From: Octopus bimaculoides | Lineage: Eukaryota | NCBI RefSeq assembly: GCF_001194135.2 | Contig: NC_068987.1 | Span: 105,427,216 to 105,463,803 of the forward strand | Direction of reading: 5' to 3' | DNA length: 36,588 nt | Part shown: one piece after another, positions 1 through 11,959 of the stretch | Position numbering within the stretch: position 1 is the first letter of the stretch | How the letters are laid out: each line of letters begins with the position of its first letter | The notes under the pieces: model-generated | The model's database searches: none | What the model was told of the DNA's origin: nothing | Seen by the model: only the letters and a program-made list of their open reading frames with translations | Translations under genes and position numbers: made by a program

Positions 1-238
1 ATATATATATATGTATATGTCTATGTTTGTGTGTCTGTGTTTATCCACCCACCGTCACTTGACAATCAATGTTGGTGTGTTTACAACGTCCACATAACTT
101 AGCGGTTTGGCAAAAGAGACCGCTAGAATAAGTACTAGGCTTGCAAAGAATAAGTCCTGGGGTCGATTTGTTCGACTAAAAGCGGTGCTCCAGCATGGCC
201 GCAGTCAAATGACTGAAACAAGTAAAAGAATAAAAGAA
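1..238 (+). mobile_element. SINE family B, 3' half
   Basis: After a (TA)/(TG) tract it reads ...cacttgacaatcaatgttggtgtgttt...gaataagtcctggggtcgatttg...gactgaaacaagtaaaagaataaaag. This aligns by eye with the reverse complement of 551-730 and with 11060-11271. Confidence 0.85.
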
Positions 239-550
239 CATCATAGGAAATATGCGATAACATGAACGATGCAATCCTCCTGATAGAGGAGAAACTCCTA
301 CTAGGGACAATCAAAGAACTCCACAAATCCAGGAGTACTCTGATTACCAAAAGTGCGAGCCCTCTCCCCTGCACTCCAATCTGCAGGCACATGCCTAGAG
401 TAGGGTCATTCACTCCAGCCAATTGTGTCACAGTCACTCATCTTTTCATGAATTCACGTTCTTCTCCATCCTCACTTTCCATACCAATAATAATAGAAAT
501 AAAAATTAGTAGTAGTTGTAATAGCGGTATAAACTGTAGTAGTAGTAGTA

Positions 551-958
551 CTCTTTTACTCTTTTACTTGTTTCAGTCATTTGACTACGGCCATGCTGGA
601 GCACCGCCTTTAGTCGAGCAAATCAACCTCAGAACTTATTCTTTGTAAGCCTAGTACTTATTCTATCGGTCTCTCTTTTTGCCGAACCGCTATGTTACGG
701 GGACGTGAACACACCAGCATCGATTGTCAAGTGATGCTGGGTGGATAAACACAGACACACAAACACACATACATATATATACATGCACATATATACAACG
801 GGCTTCTTTCAGTTTCCGTCTGCCAAATCCACTTAGAAGACTTTGGTCGGCCAGAGGCTATAGTAGGAGACACTTGCCCAAGGTGCTAAGCAGTGGGACT
901 GAACCCGGAACCATGTGGCTGGTAAGCAAGCTACTTACCAAATAGCCACTCCTGCGCC
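551..958 (-). mobile_element. SINE family B, full length (tRNA-like head, internal microsatellite, (GAGTAAAA)n tail)
   Basis: The minus strand starts ggcgcaggagtggctatttggtaag. Box A-like TGGCTATTTGG and box B-like GGTTCAGTCC are present, followed by ccttgggcaagtgtc, an internal TA/TG tract and the tail gtaaaagagtaaaagag. Confidence 0.88.
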
Positions 959-970
959 TATACTAGTTGA

Positions 971-1163
971 AATAATCCTTTCTACTTTAGGCACAAAGAT
1001 AATTGATTTCATCGACGCCAGTGCATAACTGGTACTTATTTTATCGACGCTGAAAAGATAAAAGGCTGAGTTGACCTCGGTGGAATTTGAACTCAGGATG
1101 TAAGGACAGATGAAATGCTGCTAAGCATTTCGCTCGGCGTTCTAACGATTCTGCCAGCTCGCC
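971..1163 (-). mobile_element. SINE family A monomer
   Basis: The minus strand begins ggcgagctggcagaatcgttag (box A-like), contains gagttcaaattcc (box B-like) and ends with the ...gtgcctaaagtagaaagg tail. Confidence 0.85.
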
Positions 1164-1639
1164 GACTTTGTTGTGTTGTGTAATACCAATACAAAATATT
1201 AATCATTATCAATATTTTGAAGTTTTTAAATTTATTGAATTGAACTTTAACAATAATGTAGACACGAAAAGTTTTGAATTACGTTCTGGGGTTACGCAGA
1301 GTAAAAGAAAACAAACCGCAATAAAACTGTAAACAGCAGACGATAGCATCTTCCCTATCATTAGTTATCAGTTACTTCCTCTCCTTTCGCCGTTTCTACC
1401 CTCCTCCTCCTCCTCCTCCTCCTNNNNNNNNNNNNNNNNNNNNNNNNNNNNNNNNNNNNNNNNNNNNNNNNNNNNNNNNNNNNNNNNNNNNNNNNNNNNN
1501 NNNNNNNNNNNNNNNNNNNNNNNNNNNNNNNNNNNNNNNNNNNNNNNNNNNNNNNNNNNNNNNNNNNNNNNNNNNNNNNNNNNNNNNNNNNNNNNNNNNN
1601 NNNNNNNNNNNNNNNNNNNNNNNNNNNNNNNCCACCACC

Positions 1640-1673
<34 letters not shown>

Positions 1674-1770
1674 TCACTACACCGACCTACTGAAGCGACG
1701 AGCAGCAGCCACAACAGCAGCATCAGCAACAGAAGCGGCAGCCACAGCAGCAGCAACAACAGCCACAACA

Positions 1771-1872
1771 GGGTCGATAAATTAAGTACCAGTTGCATAC
1801 TGGGCTCGATCTAATCGACTGGTCCCCTCCTCCAAAATTTCGAGCCTTGTGCCTTGAATAGAAAAGAATATT
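1771..1872 (+). mobile_element. SINE family A 3' fragment
   Basis: gggtcgataaattaagtaccagttg...ccttgtgccttgaatagaaaagaat matches the 3' part of the other family A copies. Confidence 0.8.
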
Positions 1873-1879
1873 CTAACGT

Positions 1880-2470
1880 TGTAACTTCATCCATTATCCG
1901 CTTCCTTCACTCTGATGATGGTTTCTAGTGATATTGATAGCATCTTAAGTTATCTGAAGGACCTGAGCAGACAGCTTCTGGTGGATCAAACGTGTTCCAC
2001 TGGTCAGAACGTCTCACTATTGCTTTGGTTGATACTGCGCTGGCAGACGTTGAGTCTTCATCATTTGGACAAATTCACGGGCACTGGACAGGTGTGACCG
2101 TTTTTTCGTTAGCAGCATTTTTCCTCAGCTCGTTTCTTCGACTGAATTGCATTTCTGTATTAAGAGTCCTGTCTAGTTTAACATGTTAATTAAAGATGAA
2201 AGAGCCAAATAGAAAGGAATGGAGAGGAGTCTGCCTGAGAATACTCTCTTCTATTGGAGATGGAATTAGTTTATATAATTACTTCTTTGTCTGTATCTAC
2301 GGAATTGTTTTCCAATTGCACATGGCATATTATTAATGCTACCATTCTCATAGCTAATGATTCTACGATCCATGTGTGATGAACACCATCAAAAGGTTTC
2401 TGGTAGTCAATTTATATCTTGTCAGAACCTTCTTTCTCCAACAGTCTTCAGTTATGACTGTGCTGATTAG
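1880..2470 (-). pseudogene. Degraded R4/Dong-like non-LTR retrotransposon ORF (RT subdomains joined to a post-RT segment; internally deleted)
   Basis: Frameshifted minus-strand translations give ITEDCWRKK, NLLMVFI, IDYQKPFDGVHHTWIVESL (cf. WIDYxKAFDSVPHxWI), REYSQADSSPFL (cf. GIFQGDSLSPxLF), LPAQY and DAINITRNH (cf. LHGQY and QDQAIxTRNY). Multiple stops are present. Family assignment is from recalled motifs. Confidence 0.65.
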
Positions 2471-2685
2471 ATATTAATTTGTCAGAATCGTAAGATACCT
2501 CCAAAATCGAGGTTTTATATTAAATTTCTCCCAAATGAATGATAAAAGTGTAAACATGCAACCACTCGCCCACTCACATATTCTTACATACAAATGGCCG
2601 AATAGTTAAGAAGCTTCTTTGCAATCACGAAGTCCTGGATTCGATCATACAGTACGGCATTTCGGGCAGGTGTCATTTTTTCTTT

Positions 2686-3155
2686 TCTTTTCTACTCTAG
2701 GCACAAGGATCGAAATTTTGGGGGAGGTGGCCAGTCGATTAGGTCGACCCCAGTACGCAATTGGTACTTAATTTATCGACCTCGAAAGGATGAAAGGCAA
2801 AGTCGGCCTCGGCGGAATTTGAACTCAAAACGTAAAGACAGACGAAATACTAGTAAGAATTTCGCCCGGCGAGCTAACGTTTCTTATTTCTTTATTGCCC
2901 ACAAGGGGCCAAACACAGAGGGGACAAACAAGGACAGACAAAGGGATTAAGTCGATTATATCGACCTCAGTGCGTAACTGGTACTTATTTAATCGACCCC
3001 GAAAGGATGAAAGGCAAAGTTGACCTCGGTGGAATTTGAACTCAAAACGTAGTGACGTAGCGGCAGACGAAATACCGCTAAGCATTTCGCCCGGCGTGCT
3101 AACGTTATTTCTTTCTTTATTGTCCACAAGGGGCTAAACATAGAGGGGCTAAACA
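2686..3155 (-). mobile_element. SINE family A array: headless monomer with tail 2 (2686-2883), headless monomer with tail 1 (2884-3104), extra tail 1 (3105-3155)
   Basis: Two copies of the A body are visible. Junctions gctaacgtttc|ttatttctttattgccc and gctaacg|ttatttctttctttattgtcc. Confidence 0.88.
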
Positions 3156-3420
3156 TTTTTGGCGATTTTCAGCTCCTCGTATTCCTTCACCGGCTCAGAA
3201 TGGGTTACAAGTTGGTGGAACTGTTTCGGAAACGCTAGGCTTCGTGATGCGGACAATCTTCTTGGATAGGGTTGGTAAGTTGGTGGTTCAGGACGCGAAT
3301 GGTAGCGAAGATGGCACCTCTAGACTAGTCGCCGTATATACTTCGATAGGGGCATAGAGTTCGGATTTCTTCAGACGCCTAAAGTTTGCTGGGAAAATCT
3401 ACGCTCTTTAGTACACTAGG
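3156..3420 (-). pseudogene. Possible degraded LINE post-RT fragment (Jockey/I-like?) abutting SINE tail 1
   Basis: CpG-rich island in AT-rich DNA. Frame pieces KYIRRLV, RGAIFAT, KIVRIT and FHQLVTHSEPVKEY loosely fit LYKxYIRPxxEYG...IRI...LHQ...PIxE. The fit needs several frameshifts. Confidence 0.3.
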
Positions 3421-4538
3421 TACACAACCATTCTCACGTGAGGAATATGAACATATATAGTCGGTTAATTTTATGATGTACTACAAATTCTGTATTAAGG
3501 CACACGACCGTTAAATTATAGAATTACTCGCCTAATTCTATCCTTATTATGTAACTAGTATTTTACTATTATTTCTAAAATATGTGGTGTTTCTGTGTTC
3601 GCTAGATATATATAACATACTACACTGATCTACCTTTAATCATACTTGAGAACCTTGAATATAAAAAGGATACATTACATAATGTAGACTGAGATATATA
3701 AATATGATAACGTGATAATTTCTGGGATGCTTTGATGGTGCATTTTCTGGACAAGAGTTGAACTGGCGCAAAGAAACAATAAAAAAATAATAGCAAATGC
3801 AACAACAACAACAATAGAAACAAAATATTTAAATCATATCAGAAAAAGAAGAGAGAAGAACGAAATCAATCTCGATAAGGTTTGAACTCTACACCACAAA
3901 ATACACAAAGAAAACAATGGAATATTATGTTGGTCAAAGTCCGTCGATGCTTTTGGTGATGATCTAACGATCAGTAAAGAGTTAAAGGATGCTTTCACAT
4001 TATATGCATACACAAGCGCTCACACACATACACACGATTAGAGGCGTACACATACACACATACAATATATATATATATATANNNNNNNNNNNNNNNNNNN
4101 NNNNNNNNNNNNNNNNNNNNNNNNNNNNNNNNNNNNNNNNNNNNNNNNNNNNNNNNNNNNNNNNNNNNNNNNNNNNNNNNNNNNNNNNNNNNNNNNNNNN
4201 NNNNNNNNNNNNNNNNNNNNNNNNNNNNNNNNNNNNNNNNNNNNNNNNNNNNNNNNNNNNNNNNNNNNNNNNNNNNNNNNNNNNNNNNNNNNNNNNNNNN
4301 NNNNNNNNNNNNNNNNNNNNNNNNNNNNNNNNNNNNNNNNNNNNNNNNNNNNNNNNNNNNNNNNNNNNNNNNNNNNNNNNNNNNNNNNNNNNNNNNNNNN
4401 NNNNNNNNNNNNNNNNNNNNNNNNNNNNNNNNNNNNNNNNNNNNNNNNNNNNNNNNNNNNNNNNNNNNNNNNNNNNNNNNNNNNNNNNNNNNNNNNNNNN
4501 NNNNNNNNNNNNNNNNNNNNNNNNNNNNNNNNNNNNNN

Positions 4539-4768
4539 AAGTAATGGTGGGGGGGACAAACACGGACACTCAAACACACATACATATATATATATATACA
4601 TATATACGACGGGCTTCTTTCAGTTTCCGTCTACCAAATCCACTCACAAGGCTTGGTTGGCCCGAGGCTATAGTAGAAGCCACTTGCCCAAAGTGCCATG
4701 CAGTGGGACTGAACCCAGAACCATGTGGTTGGTAAGCAAGCTACTTACCACACAGCCACTCCTGCGCC
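4539..4768 (-). mobile_element. SINE family B, 5' half, ending at an N-gap
   Basis: The reverse complement starts ggcgcaggagtggctgtgtggtaagtagcttgcttacc. It is highly similar to 730-958. Confidence 0.88.
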
Positions 4769-4806
4769 TGTATATGTATATGTATGTATTTATGTATATG
4801 TTCATG

Positions 4807-4885
<79 letters not shown>

Positions 4886-5062
4886 GTGTGTGTGTGTATA
4901 CATACATGCATATACATAAATAAATAAATATATATATATACACACACAAACACACACGCATACATACATGTGTACATAAGCATATGGATACGTATTTATG
5001 TGCATATATGTATATATGTATATATGTATATATATATGTATATTTCTGTATATGTATGTGTG

Positions 5063-5135
<73 letters not shown>

Positions 5136-5599
5136 TTGTGCGTGTGCGTGTGTGCGTGCGTGTGTATTACACAGACACACACACACACGTATATTTGAAC
5201 ACGCGTAGACTCAAACAAGAAAGCGTTTGCAGTCGTTATTTGTCACATCGTCTGTTAGATGCTTCACTTCCTGCATTGCTACCATAGAAAATTATTAGAA
5301 AGAACAAGAATGGAGATTACGAAAAGATTTTATAGGAATGGTTGCTAAACATATCAAATTTGCCTACAACAGTATTAAACATCAGATGAAGGACAATAAA
5401 ATCAATTTGGCAATGTGTAAAGGCCAACTAAAATGACATGTATGGCAAATCTTTCGTACGTCAGATGAAATACATAAGAATATTCGAAGTGGAAAACAGT
5501 CAAGTAAATTTATAATCATAGTTTCAACAGATTTTATCTGTATGTATCTGTCTGTTTGACTGATTGACTGTCTGACTAGATGACTGCTTGCCTTCCTGC

Positions 5600-5662
<63 letters not shown>

Positions 5663-5751
5663 CAAACCACTTGTGACGACAAAAGCGGAAGACTTAATAT
5701 GATAGGGAATAGAAAAGTATATATCTATCTGCCTATTTGTCTCTCTCTTTC

Positions 5752-5817
<66 letters not shown>

Positions 5818-6053
5818 ACCTATCTATCTATCACTGAGCCTGTCTTCTGCCTTCTAAATTCTTCGTATAGTTTGTGCGTGTGTGTGTATAAACATGCATA
5901 AATGAAAGGTTAAAGAAATAACTAGCATACATATGAAGAGTGCATACATATCTATATCTATCTGTCTGTCTGTCTGTCTATCTCTATATACAATATACAT
6001 ATATGTCTGTACGTCTTCCTATACATACATACATACATGCATACAAACAAACA

Positions 6054-6097
<44 letters not shown>

Positions 6098-6764
6098 NNN
6101 NNNNNNNNNNNNNNNNNNNNNNNNNNNNNNNNNNNNNNNNNNNNNNNNNNNNNNNNNNNNNNNNNNNNNNNNNNNNNNNNNNNNNNNNNNNNNNNNNNNN
6201 NNNNNNNNNNNNNNNNNNNNNNNNNNNNNNNNNNNNNNNNNNNNNNNNNNNNNNNNNNNNNNNNNNNNNNNNNNNNNNNNNNNNNNNNNNNNNNNNNNNN
6301 NNNNNNNNNNNNNNNNNNNNNNNNNNNNNNNNNTATATATATATATATATATATGTATATTATGTGTGTATATTTGTGAGTGTACATGTCTATATAAAAA
6401 TATGTATGTACAATCTTTCTCTCTCTCCCCTCTATCTATCTATCTATCTATCTATCGATCTAATCATCCCTACGTATATTTACATAGGCTAACAGATTGA
6501 TAATCCGCAACACAAACATACGCTCTTGCACATACATACACACATACATACATACATACATATATACATACATACATACATACATACATACACATACATA
6601 CATACATACATACATACATGCACACACACACACAAGCATGTATATATATACGCGGTATACGTATTAGTGATATATTTACTTACACGCCAGAACCGTACAC
6701 ATAAGCACTTCCCAGATAGTTCACATCTAGGTACAAAATGTTCAAATATGGATCACGGTTAGCA

Positions 6765-6990
6765 ATAAAATGGAAGCTTGTCCTTCTGTCTAACAAGATT
6801 AAACATCAGCGACTTGAAGTTGTGTAAACTGAAGTAAATAATGCGTTAGTCATAGATGATGATGGTGCCAGCAACACAACAATGGTGTAATAGCTTGGGA
6901 ATATTCCTAGCTACTCTGAACCAATATTCGTACATGGTGTCAAACGATAGGTCTTGGCCTGCCTCTTGAAAAGGAACAAATCAAGTAGTT
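6765..6990 (-). pseudogene. Possible hAT (Charlie/Buster-like) transposase C-terminal remnant
   Basis: Minus-strand frames give SFDTMYEYWFRVARNIPKL, VLLAPSSS, QLQVADV and NLVRQK/GQAS. These loosely follow the hAT dimerisation-domain order FW..V..EYP.L, L.P.ST, RL.VE.D, LV..KQ.Q.SH. Confidence 0.4.
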
Positions 6991-7594
6991 ATTATGCAAG
7001 TATAAGGACGACATGGTTGAAGACTATGTGACTGGATAAGAAATTTGGTTTGCAAGCATTTGATTCCTTGTTGGCTTTCCTCAAATATACGTGCTTACAA
7101 TGTGTGTATATAAACATATCTGAAATCACTTAATACATATAGGTAGAATACGAGATATATTTTGACGAAGGAAGATAATCCTCTCCCATGCATATATATA
7201 TAAATATATATGTGTGTGTGTGTATGTTAGTACGCTTGTAAATGCATGTTTGCATACGTATATATGTGTGTATACGCGTGTATATATGTATGTATGTAAT
7301 ATATATGTATGAATTGCTATAACTTGTGTTGTATTTATTCTGGTTGTCTGTGGTTTGAGCTTAAATTCGGCCAAAATTATCCTTGCTTTTCATCCTTTCA
7401 GAATCGGTAAAATAAAAGCTGCAGTCCAGATCGGTGAAACGATAGAATTTTTAGAGCATCAAAGATGTCTCATGACATTTGTTCCCACTGTTTGCTTTCC
7501 GAGTTCTTGGGCGCCAGATTTAATTCGTTGCCTTGTTTAACACCACTTCAGGTTTTTGGGTGATTCCAGCCGATCTACTCTTCTGCAGGCTTTT

Positions 7595-7983
7595 GGGATA
7601 AGTCCATTAGATCGACCTCAATGCTCAACTCGTACTTATTTTACCGATCCCGAAAGAATGAAAAGCAAAGTCGACCTCTGCGGAATTTGAAATCAGAACG
7701 TAAAGACAGACAAAATAACGCTAAGCATTTCGCCCAGCGTGCTAACGTTTCTTATTTCTTTATTGCCCACAAGGGGCTAAACATAGAGGGGACAAACAAG
7801 GACAGACAAAGGGATTAAGTCGATTACATGGATCCCAGTGCGTAACTGGTACTTAATTTATTGACCTGGAAAGGATGAATGGCAAAGTCAACCTCGGCGG
7901 AATTTGAACTCAGAACGTAGAGAGAGACGAAATACCGTTAAATATTTCGCCCGGCGTGCTAACGTTTCTGCCAGCTCACCGCC
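7595..7983 (-). mobile_element. SINE family A dimer: headed monomer with tail 1 (7752-7983) plus headless older monomer (7595-7751)
   Basis: The head ggcggtgagctggcagaaacgttagc lies at 7983. The junction gctaacgtttc|ttatttctttattgccc at 7751/7752 is identical to the one at 2883/2884. Confidence 0.88.
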
Positions 7984-8014
7984 TTATACAGTTCGTATAT
8001 TGCCAACACATAAG

Positions 8015-8096
<82 letters not shown>

Positions 8097-8904
8097 CATG
8101 CAGTTGTTTGTGTGCATGTATGTGTGTGCGTGTTCGCGTGCAGTTGCTTGTGTGCATGTGTGTGTGTGCGCGTGCAGTAGCTTGCGTGCCTGTGTGCATA
8201 GACAAAATACTTCAATTTCATTACAGAAGATACACAGTTTGCGAACCAGTATCAGAGTCTTCCGGACTTATCAATATGAATTTGAGGGCAAACTGGTAGA
8301 ATCAGCAAGGTGTAGGACAAACTACTCTATGTTATCTTAGTCACTTCCGGGACTGATAACATACATGCCAGCCGAATATTGAGCCTCTGTAATCAACTGA
8401 TCATCCTCCTTCACTTCACACAAAATACAGCTTTATGTCTCTGTCACAAATCAATGTGATCTAATGCCTTAGAGTCTGGCAAATAATTTTGTTCTCCCGC
8501 TTTTATTTTATCTCACAATCTCTCACTCTTTTTTGCTTTCTCGCACGCAGTACATGTCAGTGAGTGTGTGTGTGTATGTCTATATACATCTATACTTATA
8601 CACATACACACACATACATGCATGCATACATACACACATTTGTACATACACACACGAGTGTGTATGGATATGTGCGTGCGCACGTGTGAGCGTGTGTGTG
8701 TGTATGCATTCACAGAAGTGCACAAACAGAAAAAAAAAAAACATTTTAGGCGAACCTTTGAAGTTACTGTCAACTTAGAAAGATATATATCATTGTATTC
8801 CACATATTGAGTTCAATGTTGTTTAGTTTTATATATAAATAGAAGAAACCATATCGATATCGATATGTGAAATATATAATATGATATAATATGATATAAT
8901 AAAA

Positions 8905-9167
8905 ACGCGTGGCTTAGTGGTTAGGGAATTCGGCTCGCGATCATAAGGTCATAAGTTCAATTCCCGGTGACGCGTTGTGTCTTTGAACAAGACACTTTAT
9001 TTCACGTTGCTCCAGTCCACTCAGCGGGCAAAAATGAGCAGTGTATGTATTACAAGGGGCCAGCCTTATCACACTCTGTGTCACGCTGAGTCTCCCTGAG
9101 AAGTATGTGAAGGGGTACGCGTGTCTGTGGAGTGCTCAGCCACTTGCACGTTAATCTTACGAGCAAG
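8905..9167 (+). mobile_element. SINE family C (tRNA head plus TGTCYTTGAGCAAGACAC-type central domain)
   Basis: Box A-like tggcttagtgg, box B-like agttcaattcc, then ttgtgtctttgaacaagacactttatttcacgttgctccagtccac. Related copies lie at 9705, 26405 and 32574. Confidence 0.8.
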
Positions 9168-9184
9168 TATATTGAACATAATAT

Positions 9185-9393
9185 GGGTAGGAAAATCCTC
9201 AAATATTTAGGGACAATCAGAAAATTGAAAGGCAGAAGAAGTTGTGGAAGGCATAGACAGCAGATACTCGTTAGCTTAACCTGTTGACTACAGAAAGACT
9301 AACACAATACCTCGGTAAGTTATGTGTGGGACAGGAGAGGATGAAGGTCCATGAAGGTCCATGATCGCTGACGCCTGTCGGCATGGCACATGA
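9185..9393 (+). pseudogene. RTE-like LINE 3' ORF end
   Basis: Translates as LGTIRKLKGRRSCGRHRQQIL...DRRG*RSMIADACRHGT*, matching the RTE C-terminal pattern G.IEG.R.RGR....DR..WR.MIA...... Confidence 0.65.
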
Positions 9394-9704
9394 AATATGA
9401 CCAAGAGCATTCCAGTTATAATCATCTTATCTTTACAAAATGCAAACATGGTGTATCTTAGACTACATTCATTAGTGTAAGCATTTTGAACGAGGGAGAT
9501 TGGCTACTATTCCTAGCAAATCGAGTAACTCTGTAGAGGCTTCCTGCTTGGCTTCTAGCGTGACTTTTATTGTTGTCTAGCCTTTAAGTAAGTGCTGATC
9601 GAACAGAGCAATGCTCAAAATTGTTCCAGCTATGATCATATAATCATCGCATTCACACGATGTATATCTGTTTGTTGCGAACTAACAGGTTCATTAAACC
9701 ACAG

Positions 9705-9880
9705 TTTATCCCGGTTTCTAAGTTGTTAAGCGATTGAACGTATGAGATTCCCTCTCCAGAACAGGAAACCAGCTACTTTTGGTATTCATTTCCAGTTAAG
9801 TGGATTGGAGTAACAAGAAACGAAGTGTCTTGCTCAAGAATACAACAACGTATTTACGGACCTCTCGATCATGATCTGAA
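9705..9880 (-). mobile_element. SINE family C, degraded
   Basis: The reverse complement contains ttgtattcttgagcaagacacttcgtttcttgttactccaatccac. Confidence 0.65.
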
Positions 9881-10627
9881 TTATTTTGCATAATTATGTA
9901 TGCTTTTTCTTTTACTAAGATAAAAGAGTATAATTCAAAGAAAGTTTTAGCTGCTTTGTCTCGCACGTCGAACGACAACGTTGAGGTCGCTTGACACCCA
10001 GCCACAAGTCTTGTTATTTAGAACACTTTAATGGTGAACTAAATCCTTGAGTACTTAAACAATGTTTGCATAATTATTGTGATTCAAGCTATCTTGACAA
10101 TCAAAACATTAATATCTAATTTGAAAATAATTAATCAACTAACTAATTATTAAACGGAGCAAAAAATATAAATGATAGAAAAGATGCAAAACTACGGTGA
10201 TGAAAACTAATCCAGCTAACTGATGATTAATTCTTTGCGTTCGTAATTTTTATTGCAGTCAAATGATGATGACGTTAAAAGGAGATAGCATCAGATATCA
10301 CTGTGCATCTTTTTGTGTTGCTGTTTGTTTTCTTCGCTGCTATTGGTGTTTTTGTAGCAGTTATCTTTCTTCAATTCCAACTTCACTACTGATCGAGAAG
10401 ACCTGCAATCAAAGTCGTGATTATCCATCCGTAACCATCCAGTCTTATTGAGGAGATATCTAGGAATAGTTTATGGAATGTGTCATATCATTATATAAGT
10501 CGATATGATATGATTTGTAAGAGATTTGATTCGTATTTTTCAAGCAGATCAAGCGAGAACATAGAAACTCTGAGATTGGCTCGTACTGTTCGTTGAGCAG
10601 TTTAGTGTCTCCTTCCCCCCTTCCCTC

Positions 10628-10714
<87 letters not shown>

Positions 10715-11010
10715 TGCTTAATGGATATAAACACACACAAAAAGTTATGTNNNNNNNNNNNNNNNNNNNNNNNNNNNNNNNNNNNNNNNNNNNNNNNNNN
10801 NNNNNNNNNNNNNNNNNNNNNNNNNNNNNNNNNNNNNNNNNNNNNNNNNNNNNNNNNNNNNNNNNNNNNNNNNNNNNNNNNNNNNNNNNNNNNNNNNNNN
10901 NNNNNNNNNNNNNNNNNNNNNNNNNNNNNNNNNNNNNNNNNNNNNNNNNNNNNNNNNNNNNNNNNNNNNNNNNNNNNNNNNNNNNNNNNNNNNNNNNNNN
11001 NNNNNNNNNN

Positions 11011-11041
<31 letters not shown>

Positions 11042-11271
11042 GTGTATGTTTGTGTATATGTTTCTGTGTTTGTGTTTGTCCTCCCACCATCGCTTGACAA
11101 CCGATGCTGGTGTGTTTACGTCCCCGTAACTTAGCGGTTCGGCAAAAGAGACCGATAGAATAAGTACTAGGCTTACAAAGAATAAGTCCTGGGGTCGATT
11201 CACTCGACTAAAGGCGGTGCTCCAGCATGGCCGCAGTCAATTGACTTGAAACAAGTAAAAGAGTAAAGAGT
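11011..11271 (+). mobile_element. SINE family B, 3' half, starting at an N-gap
   Basis: (TA)n followed by ccaccatcgcttgacaaccgatgctggtgtgtttacgtcccc...acaagtaaaagagtaaagag. Confidence 0.88.
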
Positions 11272-11959
11272 AATATGCGTATACACATATGCCTGCTAGT
11301 AGTGTCTGAAGAGGAAATTTGGAGGGTGTTTTCGCTCCCTCTGCTAGAAATAACAGCTAAATCTCTCTGTAACTACGCGGTTCATTTTAAAAGTGGGTGG
11401 ACATAAATATCCTTGATTGTGCACTCCTGTATATAAACTATATTTTTAATAAATGATTGGATTGTTATAACTGGATTGTTTATTGCAGGATTAGTTACTT
11501 TCTACCAGCCGAGTGAACTGGAGTAGCATGAAATGACGCATTTTGCTGTTGAATGTCAATGCTTGTTGCGAGAATGACGTATCATCTAAATCTGAAGAGA
11601 AGGGCCATTAAAGGTATGTTTCTGAAATCCCTGGTGATCCCTTGAAATCCCTTGGTGATCGTGTGGTTCAGTATTTGGAATAACTTCAAAGGTTTCACTT
11701 CTGTACTGCTCGTGATCAAGGCGTGTATGGCACGATGATGTTTGATGTATACATGCGTGTATGTATGTATGTATGTACGTACGTATGTATGTATGTATGT
11801 ATGTATGTATGTATGTATGTATGTATGTATGTATGTATGTATGTATGTGTGCGTGCGTGCATGTTTGTGTGAATGCGAATACGTATGTGTGCGTGTGTGT
11901 GTTTATATGTGTGTGAATGTGTGTGTGTGTGTGCCTGTTTATGTGAATGTAAGTACGTA

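Noticed and set aside
2075-2154. Candidate terminal exon MQFSRRNELRKNAANEKTVTPVQCP*
   Set aside because: Lies within the R4/Dong-like LINE remnant.
6684-6789. Candidate minus-strand exon DRRTSFHFIANRDPYLNILYLDVNYLGSAYVYGSG with a GTAAGT donor
   Set aside because: The acceptor is weak and overlaps the probable hAT remnant. No recognisable homology and no supported neighbouring exons. Cannot be excluded without RNA-seq.
10290-10405. Candidate minus-strand terminal exon SSRSVVKLELKKDNCY...MHSDI* followed by AATAAA
   Set aside because: The acceptor lies in a dispersed repeat (ctgatcgagaagacc...gtaaccatcc, related to 9595-9640 and 24880-24930), and the body resembles a decayed (GTT/GCT)n tract.
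10745-11203. ORF MNRPQDLFFVSLVLILSVSFAEPLSYGDVNTPASVVKRWW... resembling a secreted peptide precursor (signal peptide plus KR site)
   Set aside because: It is the antisense reading of the SINE-B 3' half, present in several copies here, and it runs into microsatellite and N-gap.
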